Source: an uncultured Verrucomicrobiae bacterium
Lineage (GTDB): Bacteria > Verrucomicrobiota > Verrucomicrobiia > Chthoniobacterales > Chthoniobacteraceae
Length of the DNA: 64,000 nucleotides
Assembly: GCA_963823615.1 (NCBI GenBank)
Contig: CAWGMG010000017.1
Span: forward strand, 52,730 to 116,729
Direction of reading: 5' to 3'
Positions 47,560 through 57,248 of this stretch are shown here, piece after piece (positions within the stretch are counted from its first letter, which is position 1; every line of letters begins with the position of its first letter). A program made the translations under genes and the position numbers. The notes under the pieces are model-generated. The model saw only the letters and a list, made by a program, of their open reading frames with translations, was not told where the DNA came from and searched no databases.

Positions 47560-50067
47560 TCACATCTCTTCCGACTCCAGATCGACCAGGATTTCGCGCG
47601 GCTTGGCGCCTTCGCCGGGGCCGACGTAGCCGCGCATTTCCATGATGTCGAGGATGCGCGCGGCGCGCGTGTAGCCGAGCCGCAGCCGGCGCTGGAAGAG
47701 CGAGGTCGAGGCCTTCTTTTCCTGGCGCATGACCTCGTAGCATTTCTCCACGAGCTCCTCGTCCTCGGCGCTGACTTCCTCCTCTTCGTCCTCGCCGTCG
47801 CCTTCGAGCTTCTGATGGATGGCGCTCTCGAACTGCGGCTCGCCTTGCGCGGAAGCGTGCTCGACGACGCGGCGGACTTCGTCGTCGGAGACGAGCACGC
47901 CTTGCGCGCGGACCATGCGCGAGGTGCCCGGCGGCCGGTAGAGCATGTCGCCCATGCCGAGGAGCCGCTCGGCGCCGTTTTCATCGAGAATGACGCGCGA
48001 ATCGAGCGCCGACGCGACCTGGAAGGCGATGCGGCACGGGACGTTCGCCTTGATGACGCCGGTGATGACATCGGCGCGCGGCGTCTGCGTGGCGATGATC
48101 ATGTGGATGCCGGCGGCGCGCGCCTTTTGCGTGATGCGCGCGATGGCGCTCTCCACGTCGGCCGGCGCGGTCTGCATGAGGTCCGCCAACTCGTCGACGA
48201 TGATGACGATGTACGGCATCTGGTCGGGGACGATGAGGTCCATCTCGCGCGAGTTGCGCTGCTTGCCCATGTTCGTCACGCGCTCCTCGGAGGTGAGCGT
48301 CTCGGGGTCGACCGGCGCGGGTTCCACCGCCGGCGCGAGCGGGTCGAGCAGCGAGTCGTCGAAAAGCGCGGCCTGGCCCTTCTCGGCATCGAGCTCCTTT
48401 TGCGTCTTCGTCTTCGGCCGCGCGTTGAAGCCGCCGATATTGCGCACGCCCGTCTTGGCGAAAATGGCGTAGCGCTTTTCCATTTCATCGACCGCCCACT
48501 TCAGCGCGAGCAGCACCTTCTTCGGATCGGTGACGACCGGCACCACGAGGTGCGGCAGCGTATTGTACATCTGCATTTCGACCACCTTCGGGTCGATCAT
48601 GATGAAGCGCAGATCCTTCGGCGTGAACCGGTAGAGAATGGAGGAGATGATCGAGTTGATGCAGACGCTCTTGCCCGAGCCGGTGGTGCCGGCGACCAGG
48701 CCGTGCGGCATCGCGGCGAGATCGGCGATGATCGTCTTGCCGTAGACGTCCTTGCCGAGCGCGATCGGGATTTTGCACTTGGTCGAGTGAAATTCCTCGC
48801 TCTCCAGCAGCTCGCGAAAGGCGACCTTCTGCTTCTTGCAGGTTGGCGATCTCGATGCCGACGGTGTCCTTGCCGGGGATCGGCGCGAGGATGTTGATCC
48901 GCTCGGCGCGGGTGGCGCGCGCGATGTCGCGCTCGAGCGCGGTGATGCGATCGACGCGGACGCCCTTCGCCGGGTAGACCTCGTAGCGCGTGATGGTCGG
49001 GCCGCGCGTGATGTCGCCCGCGCGAGACCTCGATGCCAAACTGCGCGAGCGTCTCGATGATGACGACCTGCAGCGCCTTCAGCTCCTCCGGGATCGGCCG
49101 CCTGCCGGCTCGCGAGATCGAGCGGGTCGAGCAGATCGAACGACGGCATGCACGTAGTTCTCGCAGTCGACGCTCGCGAGGGTCGGGCGTCTCCTCGGGC
49201 TTCTCGCGCTTGATCCGCGGGAGCGGCGGCACGCTGGCATCGAAGATGACCGGCTCCGGCCGCGCCGGCTCGAGCGGGCTCCGCCGGTGCGTCGACCGGC
49301 GCGGGGATGACGAGCGTCTCCGCCTCGGCCTCGGGCGAACCGACGCGCACGGTGTTTTTCTTGAGCCGCTCCTTCGCTTCCTTCGCCGTCGGCGGCGTCA
49401 GCGCGCGCAGCTTCAGCGCCTCCTCCCTCGCCTTCGCCGCCGCGCGGGCTTCGCGCCAGGCGTGGACGCGCTCCGGCACGCTGCCGGCATACGCCAGGCT
49501 GCGCCGCAGGAGCGACACGGGCTGCAAGCCGGTCAGCAGCACGAGGCTGATGACGTAGAGCAGCGTGCAAATGATGAGCCCGCCGATGTGGCCGACGACC
49601 GCGTGCAGGAAATCGCCCGCGATCCATTTCCCGAGCCACCCGCCCTCGCCCGGCAGCCCGAGCCGGCGCGCATCGAGCACCGACCACGGCAGCAGATGGA
49701 GCAGGCAGGCGCCCGCGACGACGAAGACCGCCGCCCAGACCGCGCGCATGGAGAGCCGGAGGCTCGGCGAGAGCAGCTTGGCCCCGCCGCACCCGAGCAG
49801 GATCGCGGTGAAGAGATAAGAGGCCGCCCCGAGCAGCGAATACGACAGGCAGGCCATGATGGCCCCGAACGGCCCGATGAAGTTGCTGGAAACCCGCGCC
49901 GACCGCGCCACCGAGGCGAGCGGGAACCACGTGGGGACATCGTTCGGGGCGTAAGAGACGAGCGAGAGGAAGAGGAGGGTCCCGATGCCGAGCAGCACCA
50001 GGGCGACGACTTCGCTGTAGATGTGGTGCTCGCGGATGCGGGCGAGAGAGGTCTTGGAGGTCGCCAT
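47560..50067 (-). CDS. ftsK: DNA translocase FtsK/SpoIIIE (multiple internal frameshifts ~48480-49060)
   Basis: N-terminal TMs MATSKTSLARIREHHIYSEVVALVLLGIGTLLFL..; Walker A LVAGTTGSGKSVCIN; ..MIIATQTPRADVITG..; gamma domain RRLRLGYTRAARILDIME; middle part spread over 3 frames. Confidence 0.85.
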   Translation of the reverse strand: MATSKTSLARIREHHIYSEVVALVLLGIGTLLFLSLVSYAPNDVPTWFPLASVARSARVSSNFIGPFGAIMACLSYSLLGAASYLFTAILLGCGGAKLLSPSLRLSMRAVWAAVFVVAGACLLHLLPWSVLDARRLGLPGEGGWLGKWIAGDFLHAVVGHIGGLIICTLLYVISLVLLTGLQPVSLLRRSLAYAGSVPERVHAWREARAAAKAREEALKLRALTPPTAKEAKERLKKNTVRVGSPEAEAETLVIPAPVDAPAEPARAGAAGAGHLRCQRAAAPADQAREARGDARPSRASTARTTCMPSFDLLDPLDLASRQAADPGGAEGAAGRHHRDARAVWHRGLARATSRAARPSRATRSTRRRASASIASPRSSATSRAPPAPSGSTSSRRSPARTPSASRSPTCKKQKVAFRELLESEEFHSTKCKIPIALGKDVYGKTIIADLAAMPHGLVAGTTGSGKSVCINSIISSILYRFTPKDLRFIMIDPKVVEMQMYNTLPHLVVPVVTDPKKVLLALKWAVDEMEKRYAIFAKTGVRNIGGFNARPKTKTQKELDAEKGQAALFDDSLLDPLAPAVEPAPVDPETLTSEERVTNMGKQRNSREMDLIVPDQMPYIVIIVDELADLMQTAPADVESAIARITQKARAAGIHMIIATQTPRADVITGVIKANVPCRIAFQVASALDSRVILDENGAERLLGMGDMLYRPPGTSRMVRAQGVLVSDDEVRRVVEHASAQGEPQFESAIHQKLEGDGEDEEEEVSAEDEELVEKCYEVMRQEKKASTSLFQRRLRLGYTRAARILDIMEMRGYVGPGEGAKPREILVDLESEEM

Positions 50068-50180
50068 ACGTGTCTTCGGCGGGGAGTTATTCACAATTGT
50101 GAGCGAGGTTGGCGAGCAGGAAGCGCGAGACAGAAATGCCGCCGGCGGCTGAGGGGAATTTTGCACATTTTGCAAAGGGG

Positions 50181-50414
50181 TCTCAGAGGAAGAGCGGGCG
50201 CCGTGGCGCCGGAGGCCCTGAGCGTGGCGAAGGTGCCGCAGGCCCTGAGCCGGTCGAAGGGTTTCGGGAAGGTTTGCGCAGTTTCGCGGGACGCTGGACG
50301 AGGCATTTCGGGAATTTCGGGAATCGCGCTCAGAGTAAGTGAAGGAGCCGGCGAGAGGAGGCTGAGGCGAGGTTTCGGGAAGGAATGCGCAGTTTTCACG
50401 GGAGTGGCTGGGCG
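50181..50414 (-). repeat. tandem repeat array (same family as 19957-20590, inverse orientation), part 1: ~2 units ending at the intron 3' junction
   Basis: rc units ..cgaaatgcctcgYccagc..gaaaactgcgcattccttcccgaaac..; terminal palindrome module at 50155-50189. Confidence 0.85.
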
Positions 50415-52498
50415 AGGCATTTCGGTAGAGTAGGCGGGAAGCGACGGATTGAGAGGCACACGGCCAATGACCGTCTGCTTCCCGCCCCTCATCAAACCGG
50501 ACAGGCGGTTTTCCCGCATCCGGCTTTCCGAGTTCCATTCTCGAAAAGCGCTGTCTCATGTGCATGGGGTCGGCATTTTGTAGAGCCCGTATTGCGTGAA
50601 GAGTTCCCGATTTGCCCAGCGTTTGTATTTGCCACAGGGATTGCCGTGCTTGCGCCATAACCACTGCCGGAGGCGGTGGGCCACGAAGGTATTCAGTTGC
50701 CCGAAGCTCCGATGGTACTGGGCGAGGGCAAAGAAATTGCCCCAGCCACGGGTCACTTGGTTGATTTCACGCACGACTTCCTCGGTCGCTCTCCACACGG
50801 AGCGCGCGTGGGTTAGCTCGCGCACCCGGTCGCGGAGCGCCTGCCCCTCGGCGGGCTCGGGGCCTTGAGCTTGTCGAAACGGCTCCGCTTCCGGGCTGGG
50901 CTCGATGTGCACGTACGCCGTCTTCTTCTTGGATTGTTGCCAGCGGAAGCTGAAGCCGAGGAACTCAAAACCGCTTTCACGGCTCTGGAGCACTTCGGTT
51001 TTCTTCTCGTTGAGGGCCAGGCCGCGGCTTTGCAGCCAGCGGGCCAGCCGCTCCTTCATGCCCGCTCCTTGCCCGGTTCCGCAGAGGATGACCAGATCGT
51101 CCGCAAAGCGGACCATCCACGGCTTTTGCCGGCACTGTTCATTGACCCCTTCATCCAGCGGATGCAGGTAAATGTTGGCCAGCAGGGGCGAGATGACGCC
51201 TCCCTGCGGTGCGCCGCAGGGGTTGGCCTTCATCTTCCGCCCGCCGCCTTTCTCCTCCTCCATCACCGGGGCGCGCAGCCATCCTTTGATGAGCTGGAGG
51301 ATCGTCCCGTCCCTCACCCGCCGCGCCACCAGCCGCAGCAGTTTCCCGTGCGGGATCGTGTCGAAGTACTGCGCCAGATCGGCGTCCACTACCGAGGAGG
51401 CGGAGGGGACAAGGGAGGTTGCAGGGCGGGCGAGCCCTTCGGTGCGGCCACTGCGCAGCCCCTGCCGGATCGCCTCCACCGCCCCGTGCGCTCCACGCCC
51501 GGGCCGATAGCCGAAGGAGAGCGGATGGAAGTCCGCCTCGAAAATCGGCATCAGCACCAAGGACACGGCCATCTGCACCACGCGATCCTTCACCGTCGGG
51601 ATGCCCAACCGGCGCACCCCTCCATCGGGCTTCGCGATCTCCGCCCGGAGCACTGGCGCCGGCCGGTACGTCTTGGCGCGCAACTCCTCCCGCAGCGCCT
51701 CCAGCCACGCCACTTCCTTTTCCTGATCTGCCGCAAGGTCCGCAATCTCCACTCCAGCAACCCCCGCGACCCCGCCATGGGCCTTCACGCGCCGCCACGC
51801 TGTCTCCAGCACATCGGCGCGCTGCACCTCTCCATACAGACTCCAGAACCGGGAGCCCGGACTGGACTTCGCTTTCCGATACAGCGTGATTTGCAACTGC
51901 CGAACCTTTTTGGGTGCTGGTAGCTCCTGCGAGCCGTCACCACGGCTCGCCCGGGACCCTGCCGCCACTTGTCCCGTGCGCCGCCGCCTCGGTCCTTCGT
52001 TGCGCTTCACTTCTGCGGAACAAGTGGCGTCCCTTTGCTCCCCCATGTTTTCTCCGAACCAGAGGTCCAGCATGGGATCAACGCTACTACGAACGCCTCC
52101 GACTTCTGCCGTGGCCGCACGGCCTCCCTCTTTCGGAGAGGTTGGGCCGCTTGTTGAGTCAGGTTTACTCGCCATGGCAGATCTCCCCGTTTACCCGCAC
52201 ATCACTTCGCGACATGTCGTCCACGCCGACCCCGCCGGTCTAATATCCCCACCCGCGACGGTTGGTCTGGGTGCGGACTCTTCGGCCTTCGCCCAAATTC
52301 CAGGGGCTCGGCTGCCGGGAGTATCCTTTCGAGGCTCATTTATGTGGTTCATATGGTTATTACGACCTGCCGGTTCGACTCCATGCCTGCTCCCCACCCC
52401 GCCTCGCGGCGACGCAGTTGGCACGGTCTTCGGTGCTGAACCGTCTAAGTGCACCGGCGGGACTTGCACCCGCGTTGATGTGCGCTTTGCGGGCGCAC
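50415..52498 (-). mobile_element. group II intron (2084 nt) with intact RT/maturase ORF
   Basis: 5' end GUGCGCCCG (rc of 52490-52498); domain V aaGCCGGAugCGGgaaaaCCGccugUCCGGuu (rc of 50481-50516); domain VI GGGCGGGAAGC..GCUUCCCGCC then ..uacucuac 3' end at 50415; IEP ORF lies between. Confidence 0.85.
50556..52175 (-). CDS. group II intron-encoded reverse transcriptase/maturase (true start probably at an internal Met, ~52046-52073)
   Basis: RT0-RT7 motifs: ..VLETAWRRVKAHGGVAGVAGV.., IAKPDGGVRRLGIPTVKDRVVQ, FADDLVIL (YADD variant); maturase/X domain; C-terminus GNPCGKYKRWANREL. Confidence 0.85.
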   Translation of the reverse strand: MASKPDSTSGPTSPKEGGRAATAEVGGVRSSVDPMLDLWFGENMGEQRDATCSAEVKRNEGPRRRRTGQVAAGSRASRGDGSQELPAPKKVRQLQITLYRKAKSSPGSRFWSLYGEVQRADVLETAWRRVKAHGGVAGVAGVEIADLAADQEKEVAWLEALREELRAKTYRPAPVLRAEIAKPDGGVRRLGIPTVKDRVVQMAVSLVLMPIFEADFHPLSFGYRPGRGAHGAVEAIRQGLRSGRTEGLARPATSLVPSASSVVDADLAQYFDTIPHGKLLRLVARRVRDGTILQLIKGWLRAPVMEEEKGGGRKMKANPCGAPQGGVISPLLANIYLHPLDEGVNEQCRQKPWMVRFADDLVILCGTGQGAGMKERLARWLQSRGLALNEKKTEVLQSRESGFEFLGFSFRWQQSKKKTAYVHIEPSPEAEPFRQAQGPEPAEGQALRDRVRELTHARSVWRATEEVVREINQVTRGWGNFFALAQYHRSFGQLNTFVAHRLRQWLWRKHGNPCGKYKRWANRELFTQYGLYKMPTPCT

Positions 52499-53210
52499 GG
52501 AATTACGGGAATCGGTCTCAGAGTAAATGAGGGAGCCGGGTGAGCCGGAGGCCCTGAACCTGTCGAAGGGTTTCGGGAAGGAACGCGCAGTTTTCGCGGG
52601 ACGCGTGGGCGTGAATTTCGGTAATTTCGGGAATCGCGTTCAGAGTAAATGAGGGAGCCGGTGAGCCGGAGGCCCTGAGCCTGTCGAAGGGTTTCGGGAA
52701 GGATTGCGCAGTTTCGCGGGACGCGTGGGCGTGAATTTCGGTAATTTCGGGAATCGCGTTCAGAGTAAATGAGGGAGCCGGTGAGCCGGAGGCCCTGAGC
52801 CTGTCGAAGGGTTTCGGGAAGGTTTGCGCAGTTTTCGCGGGACGCGTGGGCGTGAATTTCGGTAATTTCGGGAATCGGGCTCAGAGTAAATGAGGGAGCC
52901 GGTGAGCCGGAGGCCGTGAGCCTGTCGAAGGGTTTCGGGAAGGTTTGCGCAGTTTTCGCCGGTTCCGGTCGTCCCATTCTTCCCCTGCTTCCCGTCCCCG
53001 CGCCCGGTCCGCGACCAATTTCGGTAATTATGGGAATCACCCTCAGAGCGAATGAGCAGATACGGAGGGTAGTTTCGGAACAGATTGCGCAGTTTCGCGG
53101 GAAAGATGGCAGCGCGAGTTTCGGTAAGTGTGGGAATCGCCCTGAGAGTGAATGAAGGACGCGGAGTGGCATTTCGGGAAGGATTGCGCGGTTTCGCGAG
53201 ACGGCGGCCC
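52499..53210 (-). repeat. tandem repeat array part 2: ~4 near-identical 120-121 bp units (starts 52499, ~52613, ~52733, ~52854) then ~2-3 degenerate units
   Basis: Unit gaatttcggtaatttcgggaatcgcgttcagagtaaatgagggagccggtgagccggaggccctgagcctgtcgaagggtttcgggaagg(a/t)ttgcgcagttt(t)cgcgggacgcgtgggcgt. Confidence 0.9.
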
Positions 53211-53685
53211 GCGGATGCGGGAATGTGGCAAGCGGTTCGACCGATCGTGCGGCACAAGCGGTGCCCTCCCGGGAACGCCAATCTCGCGATTGGCGCAGCT
53301 GGCGGTTCACGCAGCTGGCGGTTCAAGGAGTCGGGGCGCCCTCGCCCCGAGTTTCTGGCCCGCGCCGCGCTGCGGGCCGCGGCGGCCGCGACTCGCCAGC
53401 GGAAGATTGGCGTTCCGAGGGGGCGCCTTGCGCAGCGCGCGCCCGACCCGCGGCGGCAGTGACACCGCTGGGTCGGAGACGGGGGTGAAGTGGCGAGCGG
53501 CCCAATGCGCATTCCGCCATGCTACCACAGGTTCTCGAATTCTGTGTTCCATACACGAAGATGTTGTGAGCGCCTGCGTGGGAGCCAATTTTTGCCTACT
53601 CGAGACTCGCGTCATCGTCGTGTTCCACAACTACTCTCACGTTTTCGACATTTTCGGCAAGCGGCTCCGTGAAGGGCCCCACAAA

Positions 53686-53773
53686 GGGTGGAACCGCCAA
53701 GACGCCAAGGCGCCAGGAAAAGCTGATGGATCGTGGTCTTCCTTGGCGTCTTGGCGTCCTGGCGGTTCCACCC
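53686..53773. repeat. ~32-bp imperfect inverted repeat (about 29/32 pairing) with 23-nt loop; strong hairpin
   Basis: gggtggaaccgccaagacgccaaggcgccagg ... ccttggcgtcttggcgtcctggcggttccaccc. Confidence 0.7.
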
Positions 53774-53962
53774 TTTTGATTCCGGCTCTGTCGGGGTTAG
53801 GCATCTCGGTGCAGCGACCTGAACAGCCAACGAAATGACTCGAATTGAAACGAATGGTTTGCAGCCTTCCGTATTCGATTCAATTCGGCGTGATTCGTTG
53901 GCCCTCGCGCTTGCCTTCACTGGCAGACTCAGGCTCAATCCCAGCCACCTCCGGGACCGCTC

Positions 53963-56928
53963 ATGGCATATCGTTTCGATGTCGCATTCTCCTTCGCCGG
54001 CCCTCACCGCGAGAAGGTGCGGGCCATCGCCGAGCTTGTCGCGGCGAAGCTCGGGAAGAAGCGCGTTTTCTTCGACGAGTGGTACCGAGCGGAAATCCTC
54101 GGGGGGAATATGCGCGTGCTGCTCCAGCGTATCTATGGAGAGAAAAGTCTCATGGTTGTCGCGGATCTTTCGCAAGACTACGCCGATCGGCCTTGGAGTC
54201 AGGGCGAAAGCGAGGCCATCGATGCTCTGCGGATGCGAATCGACTCGGCGCGCGACGAGACCGCGCGCCTGCGGGTGTTCATCGTGCGCTTCGGTCCCGG
54301 CGAGGTGCCTGGCGTCTTGGAAAACACCGGCTGGCTCGATGGCGCAGCCCTCTCCGTGGAAGAAATCGCCGGCGCGATTTTGGAGCGACTCGACCTGCTC
54401 AATGAACGCATGGGCGAAAGCGCCACCCCTGCCCCGCCACCGCCGGTCCCCTTGGCTCCCTCTCTTCCAGCGTCCCCCTCTTCCGCTCCGCCGATCCTCT
54501 TCTTTCACCCCGCTACCAACGACGCCCTCTACTCCCGGCGCGAGCGCGAGTTGGACTGGCTCGACGAGTGCGCGAAAAATCCCGCAATCCGCATCGCCAC
54601 CGTCACCGGCGTCGGTGGGCTGGGGAAGACCTCGCTCGTCGGGCATTGGATCGAGAAGGCGCGCGGCTGGCAGCATCGCGCCTTTCACGGCGTGTTCTTC
54701 TACAGCTTCTATTCCGATCGCGACCCGAAGCATTTCTTCGCGGCGTTCCTCCAATTCGTCTGCGAGCAGGAGAAGATCGAGGCCCTTCCTCCGGATCGTC
54801 CGCTCCATCATCTTGCGGCCGCAGCGGTGCGCAAGTGGTGCTACCTCGTGGTGCTCGATCGGCTCGAGGTGCTCCAGCACGACGAAAGCGATCCGCACTA
54901 CGGCTGGATCAACGACGGCGCGCTCAATGAATTCGTCGCGCGCGCCGGGGCGGCGGGGCCTTCGCTGCTCGTGCTCACCAGCCGCTTCCCCTTCCCGGAA
55001 GTCACGCGCGAGCATCCCGAGGCCGCCCGCGCGTGCGAGCTGCCCCTGCTTACCGACGACGAAGGCGCCGACCTGCTCGCCCATTGCGGTCTCGACGGCG
55101 GGCGGGAGAAGCTGCGCGGCTACAGCCATCAATTTGGCGGGCATCCGCTCGCGCTGCGGCTCTTTGCCGGCGCGTGCCTCGCGCAGCCCTTCGATGAACC
55201 GGAGACGGTGAGCCGGCACTTGCTCGCGGCAGGTGCGGAGGCGGGCGAAGAGGACGCGCATCGCCGGCAGTTCCGCAAGCTGCTGCTCTGGCTGCAAAAG
55301 AAACTCCCCGTAGAAAAGCGCCGACTGCTCCAGCTCGTCGCGCTCTTTCGCGAGCCGGTGCCCACAGCCACGCTCGCCGCGCTCGCCACGGGGCTCGATG
55401 CGATGAAGGCGGACTTCGGCGATTGCGACGCTGCGCGTCTCCTTTTCCTCCTTGATGCCCTGGTGCGTGATCAGTTTACTCCAGCGCGAGGAAGCGCCCG
55501 GCAGCGACACCGCCCGCTGGGCGGCGCATCCCATTGTGCGCGAGGTCTTCCGCGTCGAGGCACTGGCGTCTGGCGACACGGTCGCGCAGCAGTTTGCCGG
55601 GATCGTCGCGGGAAAGGGGGCGGGCCGCGCGCCCCGGAGCGTGGCGGAATTGCAGCCGATTCTGGAGGCGATCGAGTTGCTCCTCGCTGCGGGGGATTTC
55701 AAGTCGGCCGATGAGGTGTATCGCGGGCGGTTGGAGAATGGTGACGTATTCAAATGGATTCCCGCCCCGCATGAGGGGCTGCATTGCGCGCGGGGATTCA
55801 TCGAGCCGCAGGAACGTCGCGCAACGCTGGAGCAATTGGTCGGGCGGGAAGCGACAGCGCGCTACTTCAACGCTGTGGCGGGTCTTGGAAGCATTGTTGG
55901 CGAAATGGACCGGGTGGAGAGCCTGTATATTGAAATGCGCTACCTCTACACGGTCGAGTGCAATTGGAACGCCATCTCCGGTAGTTTCCAAAGCCTCGCG
56001 GCGGTTCAAACACTTCGCGGGATGCTGCGAGAGGCGGTCGCGCGCGCGAACGAGGCTCTCGCTTTTTGCGGGATCCAAGCAGTGAGGACATCTTGGAACG
56101 TCCCGCCCCTCCATCCAACGGACAAGCTGAACATTTTGATCGATAAAGATTTAAACTGCACTTCCCTCGCATACCGGGCAAACGCGCTTTCACTCGCGGG
56201 GGAATTGCCCGCCGCCGGTCGTGACTTTGCTTCGTCCGATACGCTCCAGCGCTTGGGTCACCGCGAAAACGTCGCACTTCACTCGCTCCGGGGCATCCAG
56301 TGGTGCCGCCATTGTCTGCGCCTCGGCGAGGCGGACGGCGCCCGCCGCCTCGCTGAGGCAAATTGGAGCGATCTGCGCGCGGAATCAATGGACCGCCGAC
56401 CTCGCCGCGTGCGACCTCCTCCTCGGTGAACTCGATTTCGCAGCGGGCGACCGCGATTCCGCCGAACAACGAATCGGCGCGGCCGTGCGGATCTTTCGCG
56501 AGGCCCGGCAGGGGATGGACCTCCCTGACGCGCTGCTCGCGCAGGCGCGGCTGCGGGGGAGCATTGAGGATTGCGAAGAGGCGCTGCGGCTCGCGGCCCG
56601 GAGCGGCTTTGCGCTGAAGCAGTGCGACGCCCTGAATCTCCGCGCCCGTCTCCGGCGTGAGGCCGGCCAGCCCGCCGACGCCGCCAAGGATGCCCGCGAC
56701 GCGCTCGATATCGCCGAGCGGTGCGGCTACTACTGGGGCCGGCATGAAGCCTTGCGCCAGCTTCGCGATGTCGCGAAGGCGCTCGGGAATCGCGCGGATG
56801 AGAGGCATTGGGACGAAGCCGAAAAGGCGCTGGCTGCGCGCATGAAGCCGGAGGTCGAAGAGGCGCTGCGGATCAATCGCGAGCACGATGCGGAAATGGA
56901 GCGGCTTTACGGAAGGCCGAAGCCGTAG
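53963..56928 (+). CDS. TIR - NB-ARC (STAND P-loop NTPase) - TPR protein, NLR-like; split over 3 frames (shifts ~55440 and ~56250)
   Basis: TIR: FDVAFSFAGPHREKVRAIAELVAAKL..VFFDEW..SLMVVADLSQDYADRPWSQGESEAI (conserved Glu present). P-loop IATVTGVGGLGKTSLV; hhhhD LVVLDRLE; LLVLTSRF; C-terminal TPR-like repeats to ..ERLYGRPKP. Confidence 0.7.
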
Positions 56929-57223
56929 CATAGGCAACCCTGGACCAAATGCGGACCGGTCGCTGCAATGGCGCCCACTCTATGTCAACAATTTGGGTTC
57001 GGCCATCGGCGCATCCAGGTAGCCCTGCCCGCGCCGGCACGGGCGACGTGACGATTCACGTGCTGTAACTCCGGAGCTTGGCGCCGCTCGCTTCCGCACC
57101 AACGCCCGGGAGGGGTGCGCCAGGCGGTGGAAAGGGCGGAGTTGTCATCGCGCACGGGGCGGCTCAGACTCATCGCGGTTCCCTGGGGGCACATCGGGGT
57201 CAGGCGACATTTCTTGACAGACC

Positions 57224-57229
57224 GGGCGG
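57224..57229 (+). promoter_or_regulatory. TTGACA -35-like hexamer ~30 nt upstream of transposase ATG (duplicated at 58809-58814)
   Basis: gggcacatcggggtcaggcgacatttcTTGACAgaccgggcgggttttcgtgaaatcgtcgcATG; whole ~75-nt block duplicated at 58775-58846. Confidence 0.35.
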
Positions 57230-57248
57230 GTTTTCGTGAAATCGTCGC

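Noticed and set aside
52360-52385. tRNA-like T-arm motif GGTTCGACTCC
   Set aside because: It lies inside group II intron domain I. The flanks do not form an acceptor or T stem and no cloverleaf can be drawn.
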